A stretch of DNA of 64,000 nucleotides. Origin: Lepidodermella squamata. Its lineage: Eukaryota; Animalia; Gastrotricha. Below the pieces are notes generated by a model, which worked only from the letters and a program-made list of their open reading frames with translations, ran no database searches and was not told the DNA's origin. This document shows, in pieces, positions 1-11,785 of this stretch. The position numbers were made by a program, and so were the translations under genes. The stretch spans positions 310,001-374,000 of the forward strand of contig JBLDXI010000016.1 in the NCBI GenBank assembly GCA_047495785.1, read 5' to 3'. Position 1 is the first letter of the stretch, and every line of letters begins with the position of its first letter.

Positions 1-1798
1 ATGGTTTGAAAAATAGCCGTTTTTTTCTTCCATTACCCTCGCGGATAAAAATCCGCAACAATTTTTCCGTCGCACACTCAAATGAAATCAAGCGAAATAT
101 TGATTATATTACACATCATTTTATGCGCGCTGCCGAAAGCGGCTGAATTTTATCAAAATTCGCATCTCAACACATCAGGATGTGGCCGGGTAATAATAAC
201 GAAAACGCCGCAGCAGCTATACATCATGCGCGCTGCTGTATATGCGCGTTTTATAATAAATTACAGCGCGCGTCTGCTTTTATCTGAATTCGATGGCTGC
301 TTTCCGCGAAAATAACACGCGCAGCGGCAAATTCAATGTTCAATAATATAAAATATACGCAAGTACTCGTGCATTCATGTTAGCCCTGCAGGCGAAAATT
401 CGGCCTCTAATAATAATAATAATAACGAAAATATAGTAATGAAACACACGCACACACACGGAGATCTAGGTCAGTGTTGTAATACTATTATTATTATTAT
501 TAGTGCTATTTATAATAAGCGCCGTCGCCGCCGCATTCGCATTCACATTCGCATTTCGCCCGCATTTCGTGGCAATAATAATAATGCTCGCTTGAATACA
601 GCACGCTGCACATATTACGTATACGCATTTTATTTGTATGATGCGTGTATATGTGCTGCGAAAACGAATTATAAGCCTAGCTATTTCGCTCTGCTTTGTG
701 CTCCATATATACATATTGCCGTACTTACATATATAGCATAATATCCATGTGAATATGTTTAGGCTTTCTATAGAACGTTTTCGGTTGTACGCGCCAGCAG
801 ACTTCAGGGCCCCTACTCGCATTTCGCCTATTTTCGTTTCACAGATTTTGTACTCAAGCCATGTATTTCTTAGCAAATTCAGCTACTATTTTTCAGACGA
901 ATGCATTCCACTTGAAAATCGTGTCCCAAAATAGTTTTTCATATCCATTCGTTGTCGAGAATTAGCTCATTTTTATTCGTTTTATATTCGTTTTTACGAT
1001 TCGTATTTTTCGTTTTCGTATTTTTCCTAATTTCCAAATCATCAAAACATTTTTTATTGCGAAAATTGAAAAACTACTATTTCCTGTTCGAAGTCTCAAT
1101 TCCTAATAAGAATATTCGTGAATTTTTCCAATTTTAATTGGGCGCGATAACTTCGTGAATTGTATTCAAATGGTGAAATGACTTTTTCCAGTATTTAAAG
1201 AAAATATTCACATTTCTGGGAAATTGCAGAAAAAATGAAAAATTAACTTTAAGGCAAAACTATATTATTTAACTATTTTATATTCCAATTTTATTTCAAT
1301 TTTATCCCAATGGTAATTTGAAGGAAATACTTTTTCCAGTCAGTAAAGAATATATTCCTATTTCCTTTGAGGCCATATAATAATAGGCAAAGCTATTTTA
1401 TTTGACGGCCAAATTTTAATTGATTAAATTGGCAAAAATTCATTTTCGAAATTGCGAAAATGTTATGGCTAATTGGAAAAATTGAAAAATGACCTCGAAA
1501 TTTCACGTATTAAAGGTCGAAATTAGAAAAAATTCTGAAGTTTTTCCAGATAATTTTCTTAAATTTGAAAATATTGAAAATATGTAAAAACATATTTAAA
1601 GGCTAAATTTTTTAAAATTATAGAATCGCTAATTTTACTATCAGTGGGATAGTATTAGTTTAAAATTCGCAACAAAAATCGATAAATATTCATTTTGTTT
1701 TATAATTTTTATTTTTATTTTTTTATATTTCCCAATTTTTATTCTAGTTCAGAGTTTCAACAATTGATATTTTTGGAGACTCAGTTAATTGCGGCATA

Positions 1799-2652
1799 AT
1801 GTCCACCTCGACGAATACTCGCAAATATTCGCGCCGGTTGACATCTGAGGAAAAAATCCTCTTCGCCGCCGAAGTCGAGAAGCAACACGCGCTGTGGGAC
1901 CCATCGCACCCGGGCAGCGCATCGCTCAGCGCCGATATTTGGCAGGCGATAGGCGAAAAATTCAACCTGACAGCGGAAGATTGCCGCAGCAAGTGGATGT
2001 ACATGCAGCAACAGGCCGAAAAAGCGCTGAGACGGGCCTCGCTGCCGAGCGGGTCCGAAATCGACGACCATTTGATGAACGGCTCGCGGATGGACTCGTC
2101 TGATACGTCGTCGGCAATCAATTTATCGGCAGATACGAAAACATGCCACGAATTTATGCCGAGAGTTGTAACGGCGGAAAAGTGAGTCATAAATTTTTTT
2201 TTTAAAAGTTTGAAATTTGCTGAAAATTTTGAAATTTTTGGATTTGTTTTGAAGTACTTAATATAAATTAGCGAGTCTTATAAAATTTGAACCTTTTTTT
2301 GAATTTTTTAAAATTTTTGGAAATTTTTGAAAAATAAGTGTGAGTCATATACAAATTTATTTTATTCCTTAGATTTTCTACAAATTACACGAATGGTTCT
2401 TCCCCGGCGAAAAAGCCGCGATGTGAGTCGACTTACAAGCCGGCGCAATCGGCCGAGGACCGGGCCGAAATAGCCGGTCTGGCTAGTTCTTTGATCTCAA
2501 AGTTGAAGGAGCAAAAATCGTCGACGCTGCCGATTGAAGTCGAGCTGTGTTTGGCTAATTTAGAAGATGATTTGGACGTTAAATTGGCGTTTGCCGGCGA
2601 GGTTCGGTCGGCGATTTTTAAAGCTTACCAAGCGTTGAGTAAAACAAAGTGA
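1799..2652 (+). CDS. MADF (Myb/SANT-like) DNA-binding protein with a C-terminal helical BESS-like region; 2 exons (1799-2181, 2373-2652)
   Basis: MADF pattern VEKQHALWD...W..I..K......C..KW. The GTGAGT donor at 2182 and TTAG acceptor at 2372 splice in frame to ...KLAFAGEVRSAIFKAYQALSKTK*. AATAAA follows about 25 nt after the stop. Confidence 0.8.
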
Positions 2653-3145
2653 ACCAGTCATTTTTAGCTACGATAATAAACGTTTTGTTACGTCTTGAAA
2701 AACTTCGGATTTTTTTCATTATGAAATGGAAAGGTTAATCATTTTGCCGATCAGACTATCACTGATGAAATTTAGCCTAGACCAGGGTTGTAAGTTGAAA
2801 AACATATTAATCGATTTTCCTAATTATTTGAAAATATTGGATAAATTGAATTTTGATAGACTTCCGGTTCGGAGTCTGATTTTTTTTAATTTCTCATTTT
2901 TTCCTGTTTTTTTCAAACTTGAAAAATTTGTTTGAATTTGTTTTTAATTTTTAATTTTTAAATGAGTTCGAGTTCTGAAAAATACTGGATTTTTTAAAAT
3001 TTTAGTTGTAATACAAAATATAATTTGAAATTTCTAAATTTGGGAATATTCCATTAGTATCATTTAATTTTTTTGCTGTAAATTAAAATTTTGACTTTCA
3101 TTTGGACAATTCTCATTCTGAATAATTAATTATCTCACAGGCATT

Positions 3146-3760
3146 TTATTCGGGAACAACACTTGCAATTGAAATCTTCAAAATAAATTCTAAAAATAGT
3201 GGACTGAGAATCAAGAGAAGGCTAATATCAAAGTTCGAGGCAACAGTAGCTGAATTTTTTGTGTCTCTTGACAAACTATTAGCCTGCTTGGAACAGCATC
3301 CATTGACGCATTCTCGCAGTGAGGTGTCTTTCACCCGTATATTGCCAATATCGACCAGCGAACACATTGAAGAATTCGTGCATCGCATGCCTTTGTTACT
3401 CGGGCAGTAAGTTGGCCTGAAGCCACAATTACCAAACCCGTTGTAGAATGGAAAGCCACCAGGGCACACGCAGGTCATCGACCTACCGCAGATTAGATCA
3501 CCCAGGCAATCAGATTCACTGGAGCATCTCGCGCCGTAGACTGCACAATGGTCACAGTCGGAGCTTTTTCGATCGGAACAGGATGTTTCAGATAGCTGGA
3601 AATACGGCTTTTTCACGGGGCATTGGCAATAGTTGAATAAGCACGAAAATTCACTACCGCAATCTTTGTCTGAGCTACATTCGCTTCCGTAGGCTGGATT
3701 CTCGCATTGTGAAGGTCGACTGAAAAGTGTTGAAACAAAAAATAAAAAAGGGATCCTCAT
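3146..3760 (-). CDS. Secreted, probably GPI-anchored Cys-rich protein with EB-module-like repeats (paralog 1)
   Basis: ATG at 3760 (MRIPFLFF signal peptide). Repeated C..D.DC...C...C.CP motifs, a C..GCC end and a hydrophobic C-terminal tail. Intronless. Confidence 0.8.
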   Translation of the reverse strand: MRIPFLFFVSTLFSRPSQCENPAYGSECSSDKDCGSEFSCLFNYCQCPVKKPYFQLSETSCSDRKSSDCDHCAVYGARCSSESDCLGDLICGRSMTCVCPGGFPFYNGFGNCGFRPTYCPSNKGMRCTNSSMCSLVDIGNIRVKDTSLRECVNGCCSKQANSLSRDTKNSATVASNFDISLLLILSPLFLEFILKISIASVVPE

Positions 3761-3926
3761 GCTCAATTGCTCAGTTGCTCAAAGGAAGTTTACTTTTTTA
3801 CGTACATGGCAACTGTAAAAATTGTGAGCCCCAAGCCCTATACAAAAAACTAAGAGATATAATCCGCTTAGCATCATGCTTTGAGTGATGATTCATCCGT
3901 GTAAGATTTATTTCGTAATGACTCAT

Positions 3927-4532
3927 TTACAAATTGATTGAGATAGAACTAAGAACACTGACAATGAGAATGGCATGAGCTGGTCCGTTACTCAAAGGGT
4001 CTTTACCCGACACAGCAAGATCCATACAGCATCCCCTTACGCATACTTGGAACGACAGACCATAGTAGCGTAGCATTATAGAAGCTGGGCAAGTTGTACT
4101 GTTCACGCATCTCATGCCTCCGAAAGCGCAGTAGCTCTTCGAAGTTCCGCAAGCATCATTTCCAGCGAAATACGGACTATAACTTGGGCAGCCGCATTTG
4201 TAGGCGGGAGTGCAGATTAAAGACCCACGGCAGTCGGTGTCTTTCTGACAGTTCGAATCGAATACTCCGCATTTCACGCAGTTCGGGTCGTAAGTTTCGC
4301 TGCAACAGTTTTCGGTGGAGCGGTAGTAAGGCTTTGTCGTTGGGCATTGGCAGTAGCCGTACAAGCAAACGAGGCCCCCACCGCCACATTCCAAATCAAC
4401 CTGGCACGGCGTTCCGTAGGATATGACATTAGAGTCGATAGTAAGTGCCGATTGAAAATTCGACGATAAAAACTGAGCGTGAGCGATTTCAACTGCGATT
4501 ATGTGTAATAGGATACATACAATTTTTCCCAT
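3927..4532 (-). CDS. Secreted, probably GPI-anchored Cys-rich EB-like protein (paralog 2)
   Basis: Signal peptide, same Cys spacing (YGYCQCP..KPYY, CQKDTDC.GSL.C, CVRGCC) and hydrophobic tail. Confidence 0.8.
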   Translation of the reverse strand: MGKIVCILLHIIAVEIAHAQFLSSNFQSALTIDSNVISYGTPCQVDLECGGGGLVCLYGYCQCPTTKPYYRSTENCCSETYDPNCVKCGVFDSNCQKDTDCRGSLICTPAYKCGCPSYSPYFAGNDACGTSKSYCAFGGMRCVNSTTCPASIMLRYYGLSFQVCVRGCCMDLAVSGKDPLSNGPAHAILIVSVLSSISINL

Positions 4533-5025
4533 CTTGAGAAAATTATCAGGTTAAATGCTTGCAATGGGAACCTGCAGTGCTCTTCCTGGGTCGTAAAATT
4601 CGTGTAATTGTCACGTTTTTGAGCTCGCCACTTAATGACCCTCCGCAAACAATATGAATTGCTCAAAGAAAGTTTATTCTCTGCACGCATTGCAATGCAA
4701 GCCCAAGAGGAAACCTGAAAAGAATTGAAAGACGAAGAATGAGGACAGTAGGAGGAACAGCTCTGGATTCGAGAAAGCTTCCACTTGCTCGGTATACTGT
4801 AGCCCTCAGCATGAAACCAATTGAAGTGTTCAACAATGAGTAGAACAGCAAGCATCCGAATAAGAGTAAGCCTCCGCCAGTATCATTGCCCCTTTGTAGA
4901 CCAAAGTCCGTGTGCAAGTGAGCGATAGAAAATGTCGAAAATGTCGAATGTGAGAAATTTGGATCAGACGAGCGCCGAGCTGGAGATTAGACCTCTATGT
5001 CCTATTTTTCCCGTCGAAATTGAAG

Positions 5026-5249
5026 GACTTTCAGGGGGGATGGGGGATCATCACCCCCAGCTCGGCCGGGCCAGACAACAAAATGAGAATTTATCCCACT
5101 GTTTTGCTAATTTTGGAAGGTTCTAGGGCGTGTTTTAGTGAAAAATCTTCAACATTTTCTCGCTTGACCGAATTGACTCATCATTTGGCAAATACAGCAA
5201 ACATGTTTATTCCATCCCTGGGAGCTCGGGGATCGAAGATCGCACCCTG
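5026..5249. mobile_element. Dispersed repeat or non-autonomous DNA element (copy A)
   Basis: Clearly similar to 59590-59793 (GACTTTCAGGGGG...GGATCAT..CCCCCAGCTCGGCC...GAGAATTTATCCCACT...). Its end TCGCACCCTG is the near-inverse of the CAGTGTGCGA start of copy B, suggesting terminal inverted repeats. Confidence 0.65.
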
Positions 5250-5371
5250 CTGAACATTTTGAAAATAAAGCTAACTTTTTTATTTATCTCAAAATAAACC
5301 CTCGTGAACATAGGACGATTTATAAACGATAACATGGTCAATTGTTCATTGGAATGGGTCCCGAAAAAAAA

Positions 5372-6422
5372 TCATTTATCTTTGTTATGTTGGCTGTAAT
5401 GTCTCTTGAAGAGAATACTGAAAGCTTCGAACACGTGAGCCAACAAGAAGAGACCAGCGACGAAAAGAAAAGCTTGCAATCCAGATAAACCTGATTCTTT
5501 CTCTGCAACACGATCGTCGGGATTACATAGATCTTGAAAGCAGCACTTGTAGCCTTTTGATTTTAAACATTCCTCTTCACTCGCACAGCCTATTTGGAAG
5601 CTTTCACCAGATCCCGCTGTGTAACAAGCCCAAGTTTGGTTTGAAGGACACGCATATTTCTCTGCAACGCAGGTTTCAGATTTGCAGCTTTTAAGATCGA
5701 GCTGGTAGCAGTGTTCAACGTGACTTTGCAAGAAACGATTGTCGGCATTACATAGATCTTCGAAACAGCACTTGTAGCCGCTGATTGGGTCTCTACACTG
5801 CCTCTCACTCGCACACCCTAGTTGGTAGTTTTCACCTGTCTGCTCTGTGTAGCAAGCCCAATTATGTTCGTGATCGCATGTATAATTCTCCGCCACGCTG
5901 CTAACATTTGCTGATTGGTCTGAGGCAAGATGATAGCACTGTTCAACGTGATTTTCTATGAAAGTGCAACACTAAATTTCATCCAGTTTTCAGAATAGAA
6001 ATTACTAGAAGTTTTAGAAGGAAGTTCCATATCATTGCAATTATCGACATCGTCGCATATGACCAGTTCGCCATTGTGATTTCGGATGAAGTCAGCATCC
6101 TCTGGGTCGTTGATAGCATCGAGCAAACTCAACCAGCTGCTGCTGAAGCAGCCGAAACGAATCTCATTCCTGATTTTGCACGATTTAAGAACATCTCGAT
6201 ATATTAGATCATATACAAGACATACCCTTCTGTCTTAAACGAAAAACATGCTGAATTCGATGGGCAGATTTTCTGTGTTTTTTTTGAATACAGGCCATTC
6301 ATGCACTCAAGATCGTTTACAACACGCCTGTTCGTGATATCCAGAGCATTGTTAGGCAATGGATGTAGAATGAGAAATGAGGTTGCTGTTAAAGGAAGTA
6401 AAACTTTCAAAAAGTCATTCAT
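5372..6422 (-). CDS. Type I membrane protein with three Ly6/uPAR (three-finger)-like domains; 3 exons
   Basis: Signal peptide from ATG 6422. Introns at about 6170-6225 and 5957-6004 splice in frame. Domains end in C..DNCN, CCFEDLCN and CCFQDLCN, followed by a TM helix (AFLFVAGLFLLAHVF) and a short basic tail. Confidence 0.75.
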
Positions 6423-7199
6423 AGCAACTGAAAGGACGAAAAAACTCTAAAATGAACATGCTACGCGACGCTACTATTAAAGATAAGCCACATAAGTTGT
6501 GGAGAGGATAACAGTCTGATAACAGTCGCATATACCGATGAGACATGATGCATTATAGATAAGAGAAATTGCACATGAATCTGATTTCTGTTGCATTTCG
6601 CTTGCTTCACAACTCTTAGCTAGGTTACAATTATTAGCGCCTTACGCCCGGCGATGTGAAAAGCACCAAAACTATAACAAGGGGTGTGAGTGCCCTGGAA
6701 TATTTACCCACACTTATCCCTTTGAGGAGTAAATAATCTCGCCTATCTTTGTGTAGTAATTCAAACCAGGCTGGAAACACCTTTTCCTTTGAAGACCTTT
6801 TTCTTTGAAGAGTAAATTTAGCCAACCCAACTTTTTGCGTTAACAGCATTTTCCTTGAGTGGAGTGTGGAGTCTCCATAACGTTCCATAACCTCTCAAGG
6901 CATTCCCCAATATCAATTATCAAGGAAGAGATAAGATAAGCCTTGTACCATGGTCATAAATGATTACATAACTGATAATTGATCATTAGAATGGGCCATG
7001 CATTATGATTCATCGCTCCACGATACATGTAAGAAATTGCCTGCTTTTAACAAGGGTGCTTTTATCGAGAGAGTCCTGAAATCACAATATTCACTTGCGA
7101 AAGGTGAAATTTGCCTTATAAGAGGTTTATTTAATTCTTTATTCAATGAATTGGTAGTAAAACAGTTGAGTAATTTCCAGTTCTATGTATTTGTATCAA

Positions 7200-8017
7200 T
7201 CATTTATTTTTTTTCGATCGATTCATCAGCTCTTTCACGCCAATACTTGCCCATTCGACCAAATGAGCCGCAACAAAGAGACCAGCAACGAAACCAAAAG
7301 CTTCCCATCCTGATAAAGCTGATTCGCGATCGTCGGCATTACATAGATCGTAGAAGCAGCACTGGTATTCGTTGGATTCCTCCCTACAGTCCTGCTCACT
7401 CGCACAATCCAGCTGGTAGGTATCACCTTTCTTGTATGTGAAACACGCCCAACTTCGATCGGAATCACATTTACCATTCTCTACCACGCAGTCTGCAGTT
7501 TTGCAGGTACGAGCGAGCTTGTAGCATTGTGTAACGTTCTTTTCTATAAAAGTGAGCCTTCAATTTTCATTCGGCATTTATAATAAAAAATACTCCTAGG
7601 CTCCTCTGATGAAGGTACCACGTAATTGCAATTTTCGTCTTCGTTACAAAGGTTCAAATCGCCATTGTGATTTCGGATGAATTCAGCATGTTCAGGATTG
7701 TAAAAGGCACCGGACAAGCTCAACGAGCTGCTTTTGATGCAACCGTGAAGAATCCCATCCCTGGTTTAGCAATAATCACGATTTAACAACATTTTTAATT
7801 AGCTCATATGGACAAACGTTTCAGTCTTGTACGCGAAACATGATGAATTCGACGGGCATTCCGTTTCACTTGCTGCATTGCGGCCACCGGCGCAGTATTT
7901 CACGTGTTTTACCTGCCCGCCCGCTATTTTTAGAGCATTGTTTGGCAGCGGTAGGAGAATGAGTAAGTAGATCGCTGTTACGAGAAGTAAAACTTTTTGA
8001 AAGTCGTTTGTTGACAT
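7200..8017 (-). CDS. Type I membrane protein with two Ly6/uPAR-like domains; 3 exons; paralog of 5372-6422
   Basis: ATG at 8017 (MSTNDFQKVLL), same intron positions, shared FIRNHNG motif, CCFYDLCN, TM helix and short tail. Confidence 0.75.
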
Positions 8018-9823
8018 AACTGCTAAAGCGAGATGAAATACCCGAATGAAAGCGCTGTGCAATTCCTATTATTATCAGAAACTATTGACCGCTCACTACT
8101 AGAGAGATAATGCAGCGAATAAGGTATCGTGGGATATCACATAAACATGATACACACACCACATACCAGGTTATCAACAGCAGATAACATGCAGCAAGCT
8201 ACTGCTTTCCTGGAAACATTGTACGGTATATCTACGAGCTGGGCGTACTTTAGGGTATTTTTTGAAGTTTACCTGATTTCGTCTGACCAAAGGGTCCTGA
8301 TGGTGGTTTTATCGAGTTTTTTCGCCTTCACCTCTCGAGCCACCCTGGTACCACTGCCAAGAAATGTTACCCTGTTGACTCGCAAAACATTTGAATCCAG
8401 GACAATCATGCACTGTCATTCCTGAATGAAGAATGAAGAAGGAGCTCTCTGTTGTTGGGGATAACTTGCAAAAAGGCATTGAATTGCAAAGTTCTTATTC
8501 ATGCGATAAGAAATAGTTTGAAATGAAAACGCTAAGCGAGGCTACTTTTTGAGATATAAGCCATCGAAGAAAGGATGAAAGCCTGATTGCAGTCGCGTAC
8601 AGATGGGTTCGCGTATATTATGGGTTCCTAATAAACATCTTGAATTCTGAATTGAAGGATTATATACATTTCGTTTCACAACACGCAGCAATAGGTTGAT
8701 TATTGGCACCTTAGTAAAAGCACCAACACTTTAAAAAGGGTGTGATTAACCTGTATACACTCTTTTTTGAGGAGTAAATATTCTCGCCTAATACCGTTGT
8801 GTGGTGATTAGCACCGGAGTAAAAGAGGTGTAATGAGTAAATACCTTGGATGGTTATCAACTGTGGCAATATTCTTCTTGGGTGGAAATCCCTCTGGTGC
8901 AAACATTTGTATTCTAATCTATAGAAATAAATCGTGAAATAATTATCAATAATTAGTCTTAATATATCTTCTATTAGATGTGACAGAATAGCTTACCTGC
9001 AACTATCAGTTAATCAAAAGTCTCAAGTTCAAGTTAGGGTTGGCATGTGAATCACTTTATAAGTTATTAGTACCATATCCGTCGAAGACGCCCTCGGCCC
9101 GTTATGTTAATGCATAGCAGCTGCTAATCCTGAAAACAATATTAACTTATTTCACGGCTGCTGCGCTTGCAAGCTTCAACGTCTCTTAGCTGGTTCGGCG
9201 AGTGAACCAAACGACAGACTACGTTTTGTAAGCTTTGTAGTTTTTTTGGGACAGAAACTTCGACGCGAACCTTGAATATCACGCATTCATTTCAGCGTTT
9301 ATTCTTAATCGAATCATTGCGGTGCTGAGAGGCATTGGGTTCAGAAAAGCTATGAGTAACGAAAATAGCGACATAGGATCCAGGACAAAAGTGGCACAAA
9401 AATTATAACAGGATAGCATAACCAAATTATTATGTATCTAATCAAGTGGAAATTGCTTCAAATCCCGACGGCAGATCGTTCATTAGCGAGAGCATTCTGC
9501 GGGTCTCTAATTCTTCGTGGTCTGCAATTTCGCCAATCAGCTCCCAGAAGATTAATTTCAGCTTTTATTAAAACAATTAACAATGCTGATTATGCTGGTT
9601 TTTGGAGCTCTAACATCTCATCGATTTTATGCATTATTTATAAATTTATTGAAGGATAAGTGGCTCCAGTGGCACTTGACCAAGTTATTTGATCTATAGC
9701 GCTTACCATAACTTTATCATAAAATATTCATTCATTCTTCTCACAGCTTTCCTGAAGGGAATCTACAGATAACGTTAGGGAACGCTTGTGCCTAGGCGAA
9801 AAATTTCGGTAGATTTGAGGCTT

Positions 9824-11310
9824 ATGATCATGATATTCGTTTTCGTGTTCTTCGCTCTGCTGTGGGCTCCAACTATAGAGCACTGCAGGCTGATGGCGAT
9901 GCGGAAAAACTGCTCAGCGACCCAGTTAAGTTGAAAGAGATGCAAGAGCGATTTTTCCAGCTGTGCCCTATCGCTAAGGCTAGCAATTTACCAGCCGCTA
10001 ACCATTTGCAGTCAAGCAACTTCTCGAGCCCCATTCAAAGTTACCTGATTTCAAGAATCCTTCAAATCACTGAAGTCAGCGACTCTACCATGAGGTTTGA
10101 AATCATTTTTTACGCTACTTTGTCAATAACAAGGCGCTAATTTCAGCATGACAGTAACAATGACTTTGAGAATATTTTGGGACGTACCGTGTGGCCGTGA
10201 TATCCGATCTGATCTCCTTCCCGGTTTCGAAAATATCACACAGGCCCTATTGGATCGCATTCAATTCGAGGTACCAAAAGAGGAAATATGGTGGCCAGAT
10301 GTGCAGCATATCAATGCCATTGGAGATTCGAGGCCACTGAGAGAGTAAGTAAACCTTATAGTAAAAAAGAATGTTTGGCCTAGCGGCTCATTCGTGCGTC
10401 GACCTTTATACCTACGTATATCCGCCTTTAATATTCCTCATCTCTCATCTATCATTCATGACCTCTAACTAAAATCTGAAATGACTTCTTAAGAATTCAA
10501 TAATTAAGGAATTAGGCGTAAAGCGCAATGGTTTGATTACCTATTTTGATTACCTATATTTTGACAATGCACTTTTTCAGAGAAATTCTGGTGAAAATCA
10601 GACCGTTCCGTGGTCCTAATCCAAAATTTCTCATCTACTGCGTTCGACCTTTTACCTCGATGTGCTTTGGCTTCAAATACACAAAATTCCCATTCGATAC
10701 AGCATGGTGCAATTACGAATTTGAGAATGAAAACACGAAGAACGAAGTAGCTATCAATATCGGAGAGCTCACTGTCATAAGTTCGTACCCACCCCTTCGA
10801 GCTGATGACATCTGGAGCTTTGTAAGCTATAACGGATCTGTTTTCGACGCAGGTGGCTCGGATCACGTAACCCTCAAACTCACCCTTGCGAGGAAGTATC
10901 AGTACTACGTCGGCAACGTCTTCCTGCCAACTTTGACCTTGTTCTTGCTGCAAGTTGCCGGCTTGCTAATGGATCCGAAACACCCTGATCGGCCTACGTT
11001 TTGCGTAACTGTTAACCTAGCTATGGCAGTTGTGCTGACTCTTGTGTTCACGCTGATACCTAGAACAGCTGAAGAAGTTTTTTTGATCAACATTGTCATT
11101 TATCTGATGATTACATGTGTTGTGATCACGATTTACACCATTGCAACTTGTTCCGTGGCGAAAACCGCATCTATGAAGCGGGTAGTGTTAGAAAACGTGT
11201 TTAAGTCTGGCATACGAGTCATCAGAATTATCGATTTCTTCGCAGCTTTATCCGCATTTCTATTCGGTATCATAGCAGTTATCGTATACGTCAGCAAGAT
11301 GACGTCATGA
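9824..11310 (+). pseudogene. Cys-loop (pentameric ligand-gated) channel subunit, copy 1; frameshift between signal peptide and mature region (pseudogene or sequence error)
   Basis: Highly similar to 13409-15236 and 16337-17642. The signal peptide from ATG 9824 (MIMIFVFVFFALLWAP) is out of frame with the downstream ADGDAEKLLSDPVKL. The paralogous ATG has become TTG. The rest of the gene is open, with introns 10095-10146 and 10345-10580. Confidence 0.6.
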
Positions 11311-11559
11311 GAGGAACATTCGTAGACTCTCAACAATGAATCCCGATTTTTGTAAAATAAATGTTAACATTGAATATTAATTATAAAAACTTCGTTTTAG
11401 ACCTCCCATTCATATGCCATCTTTCTAAGAGTATGCGGCCTGCGTTACAGTTAGACTAAAAATTAGCCTCCAGCTCTACCAAGCCTTTCAATGCTATATT
11501 TCGAAGCTGGGTTCTCGCAGTTAAAACAATTGCCCCGATAGTTGATAGTCTGTAACAAG

Positions 11560-11785
11560 CAAGAAGTCGGGAAGCTCCGCGGAAACGTGGTTTGATTTTA
11601 GAGCAAGACCATTTGATTGACATTCTGAACTTCGGCAGTAATAGCTGTAGAGATTTGAAAATATGTATATTTTCATTGGCGCATTCGCTGTCGAATCCGC
11701 ACAGCTGTTCATACCTTTCAAAGATTGCAGTGGCTCAAATAAGGTAAGAAGGAATTAAATGTTTAGTTTTTAGTTGTTGCAACTG
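11560..11785 (-). pseudogene. Decayed 5' fragment of the EB-like gene at 17740-18285
   Basis: GGTTTGATTTTAGAGCA, CGCA.TCGCTGTCGAA..CGCA, TTTCAAAGAT.GCAG and AGGTAAGA align in order with 18083-18250. No intact ORF. Confidence 0.7.

Noticed and set aside
82-1137. ORFs of 60-136 aa at the window start
   Set aside because: They arise from low-complexity (AAT)n, CGCATT and TTCGTTT tracts and show no protein-like motifs.
10375-10410. Pol III A-box-like TGGCCTAGCGG in the enlarged intron of channel copy 1 (tRNA or SINE?)
   Set aside because: No B-box or cloverleaf found.
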